The notes: generated by a model from the letters alone, not told the origin. Counted from the first letter of the stretch, positions 18,514 through 28,208 are shown. The stretch is DNA of 64,000 nucleotides from Verrucomicrobiia bacterium (GCA_026646655.1 JAPKHT010000005.1:23956-87955); one strand, 5' to 3'. Numbers and translations: made by a program.

Positions 18514-20523
18514 ATGAAGATGAGATTGAAGCAGTTCGGGGCGGCGGTGGCGGGGCTGGCGATGGCGGGCGCGGGGAACGCGGCGTTCAACGCGGGGCAG
18601 TACACGAATGGCGTGCCGCAGACGGTGAACGGGGTGACGTTCGTGCTGGTGACCGACCCGGCGAGCGCGATCACGCGGATCACGAACGACACGCGGTGGA
18701 CGGCGAACAACGTGTACGTGCTGGACAAGCTGACTTTCGTGGCGGGCGGGGCGACCCTGGTCATCGAGCCGGGGACGCTGATCCGGGGCGAGCGTCCCTT
18801 GAACAAGACGGGGACGCTGGCGCAGCCGGCGGACCCCGGGACGCTGATCTGCGCGAAGGGCTCGAAGATCATCGCGAACGGGACGGCGGAGTCGCCGATC
18901 ATCATGACGTCGATCGATGATCCGTACGTGCCCGGGGGGACGAACACGATCCCGCCGTGGCTGAACACCAACGCGTTCACCGACCTCGACTGGAAGTACT
19001 ACGACAACACGGTCGAGGACCTGTACGGGGGTGCCGACGAGGGCGGCAACGCGTACGGGCAGCAGGGGTGGTGGGGCGCGCTGGGGATCGCGGGGCAGGC
19101 CCGCGTGGCGCAGAACAACACGAATGGCACGACCTTCGACCTGTCGACCTTCACGAACGGGCAGAACCTGGCCGTCGGGGGCGACTATATCGAGGGCTTC
19201 CAGAGCGTGAGCGATGGCGCCTATGGCGGCACCGACGACGACGACAACAGCGGCGTCTATCGGTTCATATCGATCCGGTATTCGGGGTTCGTGCTGACGC
19301 CGAACAACGAGCTCAATGGGGTGACGTTCGGCGGCGTGGGGCGGGGCACGACGGTGGAGTTCATGGAGTCGTTCAACTCGATGGATGACGGGTTCGAGTG
19401 GTTTGGCGGCTGCGTGAACGCGAAGTATCTGGCGGCGCTCTTCGCCGCGGACGAGGCGTTCGACTACGACGAGGGGTACCGGGGCAACAACCAGTTCCTG
19501 CTGGCGATGCAGGGCAACAAGTACGTCAAGACGAACGCGTCCTCGGGGTACGTCAACACGGGTCGTCCGACCCCGACCGAACAGAATGGGAACCCGCCAT
19601 CGAGCGAGACGATGATCCACGACTCCCTGTTCGAGTGCGATGGCGCCGAGCCCGACAACGGCGGCGGGCGCCCGTATTCGATCCCGAAGTTCTACAACGT
19701 GACGGGCATCGGGCGCGGCACGAACGAGACGCAGACGAGGGACCGGAACGGCCTGCGCTTCAAGCTGGATGCGGGGGGCAAGTTCTACAACGCCATCTTC
19801 GTGGAGCAGGATGGGGGGACGGACAACCTGAGCATCGAGGATGTGACGACGAGCAACAAGTTCGTGTCGGTGCGGTCGACGGGCGGCGAGTACGGGTTCT
19901 CGACGAACGGCGCGGCGGCCACCGAGGAGGACCTGCTGTTTCGGGCGTGCTCCTGGTACGACATCGGCAATGGCGGCGCGACCACGGCGGCGGCCATCAA
20001 CCGGGATGGCTCGACGGTGAAGGATGCGCTGGCGTCGCAGTTCCTGACCAACGCGGCGTACCAGAACACGTTTGACGTGGCCCCCGGCATCGTGAGGGTG
20101 GGGCGGGTCGTCGGCCAGGAGTTCGACCCGAGGCTGACGGGTGGTTCCGCGATGCGCGGCAACACGACATTCACGGCGCCCAACGATGGGTTCTTCACGC
20201 CGAGCGCGAATTTCCGCGGCGCGTTCCGCGACAACTTCTGGCTGAAGGGCTGGTCGTTGCTGGATTATCTGGGCGTCAACACGACCAACGCGTCGGCGTC
20301 GATCAACCCGGTGGTGTCGCTGTCATCCTATGACGGCACCAACGTCGTGGTCTCCTTCGACTCGCAGGCCGGGGTGTACTACTCGATCGAGCGGTCGCTC
20401 GACGGCAAGGCGTACACGCCGCTGACGGTGATCGCGGGCGCCGGGGCCGGGACCACGGTGTACACGAACGTGAACGCCGCCCCGATCTCGGGGGCATTGC
20501 TCTACCGCGTGCTGGCGCTGTAG
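18514..20523 (+). CDS. Large hypothetical secreted protein (possible beta-helix/adhesin-like)
   Basis: 669 aa with signal peptide MKMRLKQFGAAVAGLAMAGAGNA and a GGAGAAA SD. Asn/Gly/Thr-rich. Confidence 0.6.
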   Translation: MKMRLKQFGAAVAGLAMAGAGNAAFNAGQYTNGVPQTVNGVTFVLVTDPASAITRITNDTRWTANNVYVLDKLTFVAGGATLVIEPGTLIRGERPLNKTGTLAQPADPGTLICAKGSKIIANGTAESPIIMTSIDDPYVPGGTNTIPPWLNTNAFTDLDWKYYDNTVEDLYGGADEGGNAYGQQGWWGALGIAGQARVAQNNTNGTTFDLSTFTNGQNLAVGGDYIEGFQSVSDGAYGGTDDDDNSGVYRFISIRYSGFVLTPNNELNGVTFGGVGRGTTVEFMESFNSMDDGFEWFGGCVNAKYLAALFAADEAFDYDEGYRGNNQFLLAMQGNKYVKTNASSGYVNTGRPTPTEQNGNPPSSETMIHDSLFECDGAEPDNGGGRPYSIPKFYNVTGIGRGTNETQTRDRNGLRFKLDAGGKFYNAIFVEQDGGTDNLSIEDVTTSNKFVSVRSTGGEYGFSTNGAAATEEDLLFRACSWYDIGNGGATTAAAINRDGSTVKDALASQFLTNAAYQNTFDVAPGIVRVGRVVGQEFDPRLTGGSAMRGNTTFTAPNDGFFTPSANFRGAFRDNFWLKGWSLLDYLGVNTTNASASINPVVSLSSYDGTNVVVSFDSQAGVYYSIERSLDGKAYTPLTVIAGAGAGTTVYTNVNAAPISGALLYRVLAL

Positions 20524-20672
20524 GGACCGGTCAAGCGGGTGCGGCCAGGGCCGCAGGACTCGATTAGGGGGGTCGCGCCGCCTCGGTGGCGCGGCCCCTT
20601 CGAGTTCGGGGGACGCGGGTGGATACGGTGAGGATGGTCCGGGGTGGCGTGTTGGGTCGAGAGTGTGGAGAT

Positions 20673-22235
20673 ATGGCGACGCGAATAAGACGGTTTGGTG
20701 GCGCGGTGTGCGCGTGGCTCCTGTGCCTGCCCGGGGCCGCCTGGGATGCGCAGGCGGCGGCGGGGAAGGCGGAGTTTCCCGAGGCGTACCGGATCGCCGT
20801 GGAGTTCAGCGAGTTTCTGCGGACGGATTCTGAGCGGGAGGCGAAGTACAAGGAGCGCATCGCGATCCGGTTGGCCGAGGATGGTTTCTTCAGTCAGGCG
20901 GTCGACCTGCTGGGGGGCGTGTCGATGAGCGAATGGAGGCGGCCGCAGGGCATGGCCGGGGTCGCGGCCATCGCCGCGCAGGCGGGAGAGATGGATCTGG
21001 CGCGGGAGCTGACCGGGCGTGCGTCGGCCGAGATCGAACTGCATGGCGACTGGCGGCGTGCCCGCGTGGCGGCGGAGGTGGTGGCGGCCCTCGGGGAGCA
21101 AGGGCGATTCGAGGAGGCGCGACCGCTGTGGGCGACCCTGGAGGGACACGATGGCGAACGGGACTACGCGGCCGGTCGGCTTTGCGCGGCGGCGGCGCGC
21201 CTGAATCGCAGCGACGCATGGGGGGAGCTTTCGGGGGGTGACGGGGCAGGGAAGAGTTCGGGACTCGTGACCTCGGAGGCGAACGCCCTGGTCAATGCGG
21301 CGGCATGGTGCCAGACCCGGGGCGATGCCGGGCGGGCGAAGGAATTTGCGGCACGCGCGCGGGGACTGGCGGAAGGCTTGCTCGCATGGGATGGCTCCGG
21401 GTTGATGGCGGAGGTGGCGACCCAGCTGCGCATGTCCGGGCTCCAGGACGATGCGCGGGCGATGCTCGACGAGGCCGAAACGGTGGCCCTGGCGCTGCCC
21501 GATGGGGTGGCGTGGAAGGCGCAAAATCTCGTGCGGGTCGCGGACGCGCTGCTCGGATTCGGAGATCGCGACCGGGCCGGCGCCCTGTTGGAGGTTGCGG
21601 CCAGACAGCCGGCCCTCCTCCAGCCTCTGGAACGCGGCGAGAGCGCGGCGGCCGTGGCGTACGGGTATCAGCGGCTCCATGGGGGGGACGAGGCCGCCCG
21701 GCGCTGGCTCGCGGCGGCCGAGGTGGCGCTGAAGGATGTGACACACCACCGGGTGCGGAGCATGAGCGTGATCGATACCTGCCTGGCCATGGGCAAGGCG
21801 GGTGTCGCGCCATCGGAATCCGTGAGGGCCTGCCTCGGGCAGGTGCGGGCGATCGTGGAGCGGGACGTGGCCGCGTGGGAGAAGGAGTTTGGGCCCCCGA
21901 AGAAGATCCTGCCGCCCGGGGTCCCGACAACGCGTGGCCACGGTCGCCGTGCCGTGGACGCACCCGCGGGACCATCTGGCCAGAAACTTCGAAGTTCCAT
22001 GCACCACGACGCGTTTCACAACAAACACCTAAACCGTTGGTTATGCGGATGCCGCCTTAAGGCGGCACTACGAGCCCAAGACCACGGGGGTGTTCGTAGT
22101 GCTGCCTTCAGGCAGCCCGGATCCACCAGGTGTCTCCGCATGCAGGAGGCGGGGCGTGCGCGCGCGGGCGGAGGAGTCGGTCCAGAATCACAATCGGCGC
22201 GGTGCTGCCACACGAATGTAACAGAGTGGGCCTAG
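20673..22235 (+). CDS. Hypothetical exported alpha-helical (HEAT/TPR-like) repeat protein; 3' end unreliable
   Basis: Signal peptide MATRIRRFGGAVCAWLLCLPGAAWDAQA and Ala/Leu-rich helical repeats. The frame stays open through the repeat-B element at 22021-22140, and the last ~80 codons look non-coding (Cys/His/Arg junk). Confidence 0.5.
   Translation: MATRIRRFGGAVCAWLLCLPGAAWDAQAAAGKAEFPEAYRIAVEFSEFLRTDSEREAKYKERIAIRLAEDGFFSQAVDLLGGVSMSEWRRPQGMAGVAAIAAQAGEMDLARELTGRASAEIELHGDWRRARVAAEVVAALGEQGRFEEARPLWATLEGHDGERDYAAGRLCAAAARLNRSDAWGELSGGDGAGKSSGLVTSEANALVNAAAWCQTRGDAGRAKEFAARARGLAEGLLAWDGSGLMAEVATQLRMSGLQDDARAMLDEAETVALALPDGVAWKAQNLVRVADALLGFGDRDRAGALLEVAARQPALLQPLERGESAAAVAYGYQRLHGGDEAARRWLAAAEVALKDVTHHRVRSMSVIDTCLAMGKAGVAPSESVRACLGQVRAIVERDVAAWEKEFGPPKKILPPGVPTTRGHGRRAVDAPAGPSGQKLRSSMHHDAFHNKHLNRWLCGCRLKAALRAQDHGGVRSAAFRQPGSTRCLRMQEAGRARAGGGVGPESQSARCCHTNVTEWA
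22021..22140 (+). repeat. Structured repeat family B, copy 1 (double hairpin: ccgccTTAAggcgg, cactacgag...ttcgtagtg, ctgccTTCAggcag)
   Basis: About 85% identical to 45625-45745 over the core gccgccttaaggcggcactacgagcccaagaccacgggggtgttcgtagtgctgccttcaggcag. Confidence 0.75.
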
Positions 22236-22245
22236 AGATTCTCGC

Positions 22246-25173
22246 ATGCGGGATGAGCCACAGCCTTGGATGAGGGCGCCGCGCCGGTTGGCGTGTGCCC
22301 TTGTCGCATTGGCATATGGTTTCACCGTTTCCGATGCGCGTCCGCAGGCCGAGGGCAACCTGGGCGGGATCCGGGGTTCGGTGCTGGACGCCGACGGCGG
22401 CGGGGGCATCGCCAATGCGCGGGTGAGCGTCATGGAGACGGGGGCGTCCGTCCAGACCGATTCGAGCGGGCGCTTCGTTTTCGATGCGCTGGCGCCGGGC
22501 GTCTATTCGGTGAGCGTGACGCGTGAGGGGTACGAGCGGCGGACGGCCTCGGATGTCGCGGTGGTTTCGGGCTCGTTCGCGGACCTCTCGATCCGCATGG
22601 ACTCGCAGGTGTACGAGATGGACGAACTGGTCGTGAGCGGAGAGCTCTTCGCCGAGGGCGAGTCGCAGCTGCTCATCCAGCGCCAGGAGGCCGCATCGTC
22701 CATCGAGTCCCTGGGCTCCGAGTTCTTCTCCAGGGCGGGCACGACGAGCGCGGCCGGGGCGCTGAAGAAGGTCGCGGGGACGACCGTCGTCGACGACAAG
22801 TACGTGGTGGTCCGCGGTCTGGCGGACCGGTATAACAACACGCTGCTGAATGGGGGACGGATTCCGAGCGCCGATCCGGACCGGCGCGCGGTGAACGTGG
22901 ACCTGTTCCCGACCAAGCTGCTGGACAGCATCACCGCGAGCAAGACATTCACGCCCGACATGCCCGGCGATTTCACGGGCGGGAGCATCGACATACAGAC
23001 GCGCAAGATGCCGGAGGAGTTCACGTTCTCCGTGAGCGGGAAGGTGGGCTACAAGAGCAACGCGACATTCAACGACGACTTCCTGAGCTATCGCGGGGGG
23101 GGAGTGAGCTTCCTGGGATTCGACGAGGGGGGGCGGGCGCTCCCGGATGTCACGGACAAGTACGCGCCGGAGGGCGCCCCGCCTTTCCAGACGAAGGACG
23201 AGAGCGTGGCGAAGAAGTGGGACGCGGCCACGCAGGCCCTCTCGCCGGTCCTTGGCGTGGAGGAGGACTCCGCGCCGGTCGACCGCGCGTTCTCGGCGAT
23301 CATCGGCGACACCGTGGAGTTTCTCGGGGTCCCGCTGGGCCTCGTCCTGGGGATGACCTACGACAGGCAGTTCAACGCGGTGTGGGACGGGGAGGAGGGC
23401 CGATATCAGTACTCGGGCGGCGACCAGCTCGCCCCGAAGGGCGAGGACGTGCGGAACATATACCGGTATGACGAGGGCGTCGAGGAGTTGACCTGGGGCA
23501 GCCTCTTCTCCCTCGCGCTCAAGGCGTCGGACGACCACAGCCTCTCGTTCACCATGTTCTTCTCGAAGAGCACGAGCGACACGGCCAAGTATCGCCTGAG
23601 CGAGTTCCCGAATCCGGACAACATGACGCGGTTCGAGCGCGAGACGCTGGAGTACATCGAGCGGACGCTGCTGGCATTCCAGCTCGACGGGCACCACGAG
23701 TTCCTCAACGGCGTGACGGTGGACTGGCTGATCGGCTCGGCGCTGGCGGAGCAGGACGAGCCGGACACGAGGAGCTTCGAGGCGAATGTCATCGTCGACG
23801 GGGATAACCGCACCTACCCGGACCCGGCCTCGGTCCAGAGGCTGTGGAGGTTCTTCGAGGAGAGGTCGGACACGGCGCGGATCGACGTGACGATACCCCT
23901 GGATTCCTCGGGCCGAAACGAGTCGGCGATCAAGGCGGGGTTCTCGTACGAGCGGGCGCGCAGGGATTTCGAGCAGGACGAAGTGTCTTACGTGTCCCAG
24001 TCCGGGTTCGGGTTGAACAGCTATGCCTCGGCGGATGGCACGCGGTGGTCGGAGGTCTATCTGGATCCCGAGTACCTGGGCATCTCGGGGAAGGACAGGC
24101 GGGGCAACTACCTGTTTAGGCGCCTGGCCTATCGTCCGGGCGGCGAGGAGTTGAACGAGTATATCGGGAGGCAGACCTTTGTCGCGGGGTACGCGATGGC
24201 GACGATCGACGTCGCATCTTATCTGGAGCTGATCGCCGGGGCGAGGATCGAGTCGAGCCGGATCAGCGTGCCGGAGCCGACCAGCGACCTGTTCCTGGGG
24301 GATGGCCAGATCGCGCAGAACGACATCCTGCCGGCGATACTGTGCAACTTCGACCTCGCCGAGGACGTGAAGCTCCGATTCGCGTGGTCGCAGACCGTCG
24401 CGCGCCCGACCTTCAAGGAGCTGGCGCCGATCGTCTACGAGGACCCGAATAACATCGAGTTGTTCATCGGCAACCCGGCGCTCGAGATGTCCGCCATCGA
24501 CAATTTTGACGCCAGGATGGAATGGTTCCCCGTGCCGGGCAGCGTGGTGGCGGGGAGCCTGTTCTACAAGAACATCCGCGAGCCGATCGAGCGCGCGAGG
24601 GGCCAGTTTGCCGAGACGGAGTTCGTGCGGTTCGAGAACTTCCCGGAGGCGCAGGTGTACGGGATCGAGCTGGAGATGCGGCATCGTCTCGCCGCGATGG
24701 CGGCGGCGTTCGAGGAGTGGGACATCTTCCGGAATCTGGAGGTGGGCGTCAACGGGGCGTACATCGTGTCGGAGGTCAAGAATCCTCCGGACCTCGTGGA
24801 ACAGCAGCGGCCCTACGGGTATCGGCCGGAGCGCCAGCTCCAGGATCAGCCGACCTTCACGCTCAACGCGAGCATCGCGTACGACAACCCCGACACCGGG
24901 ACATTCATCGGCCTGTTCTACAACCAGACGGGCCCGAGGCTGTACCTGATCGGCAAGAACGGGCTGCCGGACATCTACGAGTTCCCGCCGGCCCAGATCG
25001 ACCTGACCATCCAGCAGGACCTGTGGGAGCACTGGGCGGTGACGCTCCGTGCCAAGAACCTGCTCGATCTGGAGACGGAGCGGCTGCACCAGTCGTTCGG
25101 CGGGGTGGCCAAGGTCTACCAGAAGTATCGCGTCGGGCGGGAGTACTCGATCGGGCTGGAGTATTCGTGGTGA
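22246..25173 (+). CDS. TonB-dependent outer-membrane receptor with N-terminal carboxypeptidase-regulatory-like domain
   Basis: 975 aa. The CarbopepD_reg-like motifs (GSVLDADGGGGIANARVSV...TDSSGRFVF) precede a plug region (VVVRGLADRYNNTLLNGGRIPSADPDRRAVNVDLFP, the usual position of the TonB box/plug), and the C-terminus is a beta-barrel ending ...IGLEYSW. Confidence 0.85.
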   Translation: MRDEPQPWMRAPRRLACALVALAYGFTVSDARPQAEGNLGGIRGSVLDADGGGGIANARVSVMETGASVQTDSSGRFVFDALAPGVYSVSVTREGYERRTASDVAVVSGSFADLSIRMDSQVYEMDELVVSGELFAEGESQLLIQRQEAASSIESLGSEFFSRAGTTSAAGALKKVAGTTVVDDKYVVVRGLADRYNNTLLNGGRIPSADPDRRAVNVDLFPTKLLDSITASKTFTPDMPGDFTGGSIDIQTRKMPEEFTFSVSGKVGYKSNATFNDDFLSYRGGGVSFLGFDEGGRALPDVTDKYAPEGAPPFQTKDESVAKKWDAATQALSPVLGVEEDSAPVDRAFSAIIGDTVEFLGVPLGLVLGMTYDRQFNAVWDGEEGRYQYSGGDQLAPKGEDVRNIYRYDEGVEELTWGSLFSLALKASDDHSLSFTMFFSKSTSDTAKYRLSEFPNPDNMTRFERETLEYIERTLLAFQLDGHHEFLNGVTVDWLIGSALAEQDEPDTRSFEANVIVDGDNRTYPDPASVQRLWRFFEERSDTARIDVTIPLDSSGRNESAIKAGFSYERARRDFEQDEVSYVSQSGFGLNSYASADGTRWSEVYLDPEYLGISGKDRRGNYLFRRLAYRPGGEELNEYIGRQTFVAGYAMATIDVASYLELIAGARIESSRISVPEPTSDLFLGDGQIAQNDILPAILCNFDLAEDVKLRFAWSQTVARPTFKELAPIVYEDPNNIELFIGNPALEMSAIDNFDARMEWFPVPGSVVAGSLFYKNIREPIERARGQFAETEFVRFENFPEAQVYGIELEMRHRLAAMAAAFEEWDIFRNLEVGVNGAYIVSEVKNPPDLVEQQRPYGYRPERQLQDQPTFTLNASIAYDNPDTGTFIGLFYNQTGPRLYLIGKNGLPDIYEFPPAQIDLTIQQDLWEHWAVTLRAKNLLDLETERLHQSFGGVAKVYQKYRVGREYSIGLEYSW

Positions 25174-25199
25174 GGATTTGGTGGAGCAAGAGCAGGAGG

Positions 25200-25976
25200 A
25201 TGAAGACGATGAGACAGTGCACATTGACATTGGCGGCGGTTCTGATGGCGGCCGTGGCGCACGGGCAAGAGGCGTCCGTCTCGCCGCTGAAGGACGCGCG
25301 GCTGAAGCTGGAGAAGTGGGTGGAGGCCGAGCAGCTGATCTCCAAGGAGCGCCAGGACTGGGAGCTGGGCAAGCAGATCCTGGAGGAGCGGGTGTCGCTG
25401 GTGGAGCGTGAGATCAAGGAACTGGGGGAGAAGACCGCCGGGGCGCGGAAGAAGGCGGAGGATGCGGGCTCGGAGAACGGGAAGCTGCGGGCGGAGCGGG
25501 ACACGCTGGAGCAGGCGGGGGCGTTTCTGGCGGAGCGGGTGCCGACGCTGGAGCGGCGGGTGAAGGGGGAGGTGCTGCCGCTGTTGCCGGACGTGCTGCG
25601 GCAGAAGGTGAAGCCGCTGGTGCGGCGGATGCCGGAGAATCCCGCGGAGTCGAAGCTGACGTTATTGGAGCGGTACCAGAACGTGGTGGGGATCCTGAAC
25701 GAGGTGGACAAGTTCAACCGCGAGGTGGTGGTGAGCCGGGAGCTGCGGGCGGTGGGGGACGGGAAGACCGCCGAGGTGCGCACGCTGTACCTGGGGCTCG
25801 GGCAGGCGTTCTACGCGAACCCGGAGAAGGGCGTGGCCGGGCGGGGGATCCCGACGGAGGGCGGCTGGAAGTGGGAGGACATGCAGGGCGCGGCGGGCCA
25901 GATCGCGGAGGCGATCGGCATTTCGGAGAACGAGAAGGTGGCGGACTTCGTGCCGCTGCCGGTGAAGGTGCAGTGA
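25200..25976 (+). CDS. DUF3450-family periplasmic coiled-coil protein (TtpB-like component of TonB2-type systems)
   Basis: Signal peptide MKTMRQCTLTLAAVLMAAVAHGQEA, a strong AGGAGGA SD, and coiled-coil heptads. Sits immediately 5' of the ExbB-like genes. Confidence 0.6.
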   Translation: MKTMRQCTLTLAAVLMAAVAHGQEASVSPLKDARLKLEKWVEAEQLISKERQDWELGKQILEERVSLVEREIKELGEKTAGARKKAEDAGSENGKLRAERDTLEQAGAFLAERVPTLERRVKGEVLPLLPDVLRQKVKPLVRRMPENPAESKLTLLERYQNVVGILNEVDKFNREVVVSRELRAVGDGKTAEVRTLYLGLGQAFYANPEKGVAGRGIPTEGGWKWEDMQGAAGQIAEAIGISENEKVADFVPLPVKVQ

Positions 25977-26088
25977 TACCAACCACGGATGGACACGAAT
26001 GGACGCGAATGGTTTCCCTCGTAGCTGCCGACGTAAGGAGGCAGTCCCACTTAACCACGGATGGAAACGGATGAACACGGACGGGCCT

Positions 26089-27501
26089 ATGAAGATGAAG
26101 ATTTTTGAAGTGGCGGTATTGGGGGTGGCGCTGTGCCTCGCGCCCTGGGCGAGGGCGCAGGAGACGCTGCAGGGCGTGGCGAATCAGGCGGGCGCGGAGC
26201 TGGAGGAGGCGCTGGAGCAGCTCTCGGCGGCGCGCGAGGAGATCGGCAAGGAGAAGATCCCGCTGTCGAAAAAGCTCAGCGGCCTGGAGGACGAGGTGCT
26301 GGCGGCTCGGCGCCAGTACGACGAGGCGGCGCGCGAGCTGGACAACCGGAGCCTCGAGACGGCGAACCTGAAGAACGAGATCAAGGCCAAGAGCCAGGAA
26401 TCGACGTACATCGCGAACCTCCTGGATGAGTATATCCGGAATTTCGAGTCGCGGGTGCACATCGGGGAATTGCAGAGGTACAAGCCGGTGATCGAGGCGG
26501 CGCGCGCGGCATCGGTGAGCGGCGACGCGACGACGCTGTCGAGGCTGACCGAGCAGATGAAGGTGCTGGAGGGGGCGCTGGACCGGGTCAAGCGGGTGGC
26601 CGGCGGCGAGGTGTTTCCGGGGACGGCGGTGGCGCCGAACGGCGAGGTCAAGAAGGGGACCTTCGCGCTCGTGGGGCCGGTGGCGGTGTTCGCCTCGGAG
26701 GACGGGGGCGCGACGGGCCTTGTGGAGCAGAAGCTCGGCTCGACGGAGCCGAACGTGGTGGACGTCGAGGCCGGGGCGTTCGTGAAGCCGATCCGGGACC
26801 TGGTGACCTCGGGGCAGGGCGACATGCCGATGGACCCGACGATGGGCAGCGCGTTCAAGCTGGCCGAGACCAAGGAGACGATCGTGGAGCACATCATCAG
26901 CGGCGGGCCGACGATGGTGCCGATCCTGGGGCTGGCGGCGTGCGCGCTGGTGGTGGCGCTGATCAAGTGGGTCCAGATGGCGAGCGTGCGGGAGGTCGGC
27001 TCGGCGCAGATGGAGAAGCTGTTCAAGGAGGTCAATGAACGCGGCGTGCAGGCGGGGGCGGCGTTCGCGAAGCGCATCGGCGGCCACGTGGGCGACATGC
27101 TGCACGCGGGCCTGAGCCACGTGGGCGAGCCGAAGGAGCTGATCGAGGAGGTCATGTTCGAGAAGGTGCTGGCGGCGAGGCTCAAGGTGAACAACATGTT
27201 GCCCTTCATCGCGCTGTGCGCCTCGGCGGCGCCGCTGCTGGGGCTGCTGGGCACGGTGACCGGGATGATCAACACCTTCAAGATGATCACGGTGTTTGGC
27301 ACGGGCGACGCGAAGACGCTGTCGGGCGGCATCTCGGAGGCGCTGGTGACGACGGAGTACGGGCTAATCGTGGCGATCCCGTCGCTGCTGATGCACGCGT
27401 TCATGTCGCGGAAGGCGGCGGGGCTGATCCAGAACATGGAGAAGGTGGCGATCTCGTTCCTGAACCGGCTGCCTGGAGCGGAGGACCGGAAGGCGGCCTA
27501 G
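26089..27501 (+). CDS. MotA/TolQ/ExbB proton-channel protein with long N-terminal periplasmic coiled-coil extension (TtpC-like)
   Basis: Signal peptide, about 250 aa of coiled coil, then three TM helices carrying the ExbB signature (APLLGLLGTVTGMINTF...LSGGISEALVTTEYGL). Confidence 0.8.
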   Translation: MKMKIFEVAVLGVALCLAPWARAQETLQGVANQAGAELEEALEQLSAAREEIGKEKIPLSKKLSGLEDEVLAARRQYDEAARELDNRSLETANLKNEIKAKSQESTYIANLLDEYIRNFESRVHIGELQRYKPVIEAARAASVSGDATTLSRLTEQMKVLEGALDRVKRVAGGEVFPGTAVAPNGEVKKGTFALVGPVAVFASEDGGATGLVEQKLGSTEPNVVDVEAGAFVKPIRDLVTSGQGDMPMDPTMGSAFKLAETKETIVEHIISGGPTMVPILGLAACALVVALIKWVQMASVREVGSAQMEKLFKEVNERGVQAGAAFAKRIGGHVGDMLHAGLSHVGEPKELIEEVMFEKVLAARLKVNNMLPFIALCASAAPLLGLLGTVTGMINTFKMITVFGTGDAKTLSGGISEALVTTEYGLIVAIPSLLMHAFMSRKAAGLIQNMEKVAISFLNRLPGAEDRKAA

Positions 27502-27512
27502 GGTTTGCGAAG

Positions 27513-28127
27513 ATGGCGGATCTCCTGAAACAGGCGCTGGATATCTGGCAGAAGGGCGGGTGGGCGATGGTGCCCCTGGCCATCGTGAGCTTCATGCTCT
27601 TTTACAAGGGCATGGAGATACGGCTGGCGCTGAAGGACAAGGCGTACCGCAGGGTGGCGGAGCCCGAGTGGCGGGGATGGATCGGGGAGGCCGGGGGTCG
27701 GAAGGGGCCGATCGGGCGGATCATCCATTTCGCGATGCAGAGCCACGACCTCGAGGAGATCGGCGCCCGGTTTGCGGAGATCCGGATCGGGGAGCTGAAG
27801 CCCTTTGCGCGGGATCTCCGGTTCATGAAGGTGTGCGTGGCGGCGGCGCCGCTGCTGGGGCTGCTCGGGACGGTGACGGGGATGTTCGCGACGTTCCAGG
27901 GGCTGTCGATGGGGGGCGGCGGCGAGAAGACGATGGACATGGTGTCGGGCGGCATCTCGGAGGCGCTGATCACGACGCAGACGGGCCTGGTGATCGCGCT
28001 GCCCGGCTATTTCTGGCACTACCAGCTCGCGAGGGAGCGGGACCGGTACGCGGCCTTTCTGGCGCACATGGAGAGCCTGTGCGCGCAGTTCATACACAAG
28101 TGCGTCAAGAAGGGGAGGAAGGCATGA
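27513..28127 (+). CDS. exbB: MotA/TolQ/ExbB proton-channel protein
   Basis: 204 aa with ExbB signature AAPLLGLLGTVTGMFATFQG...SGGISEALITTQTGLVIALP. Confidence 0.85.
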   Translation: MADLLKQALDIWQKGGWAMVPLAIVSFMLFYKGMEIRLALKDKAYRRVAEPEWRGWIGEAGGRKGPIGRIIHFAMQSHDLEEIGARFAEIRIGELKPFARDLRFMKVCVAAAPLLGLLGTVTGMFATFQGLSMGGGGEKTMDMVSGGISEALITTQTGLVIALPGYFWHYQLARERDRYAAFLAHMESLCAQFIHKCVKKGRKA

Positions 28128-28148
28128 GCGAGAGGCTGTTCCTTAGCG

Positions 28149-28208
28149 GACGCCGGGGCCGGCGTCCCTCCGCGCTTGAGGCGGGAGGGCCCGCGGCCTC
28201 GCGGGCCG
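28149..28208 (+). repeat. GC-hairpin repeat family C, copy b (two modules: gacgccggggccggcgtc + gggagggcccgcggcctcgcgggcc)
   Basis: Intergenic between exbB and exbD. Both palindromes were read directly. Confidence 0.7.

Noticed and set aside
20540-20620. GC hairpin ggtcgcgccgcctcggtggcgcggcc after the 669-aa gene as a terminator
   Set aside because: The stem is imperfect and has no U-tract. It is possible but cannot be supported from sequence alone.
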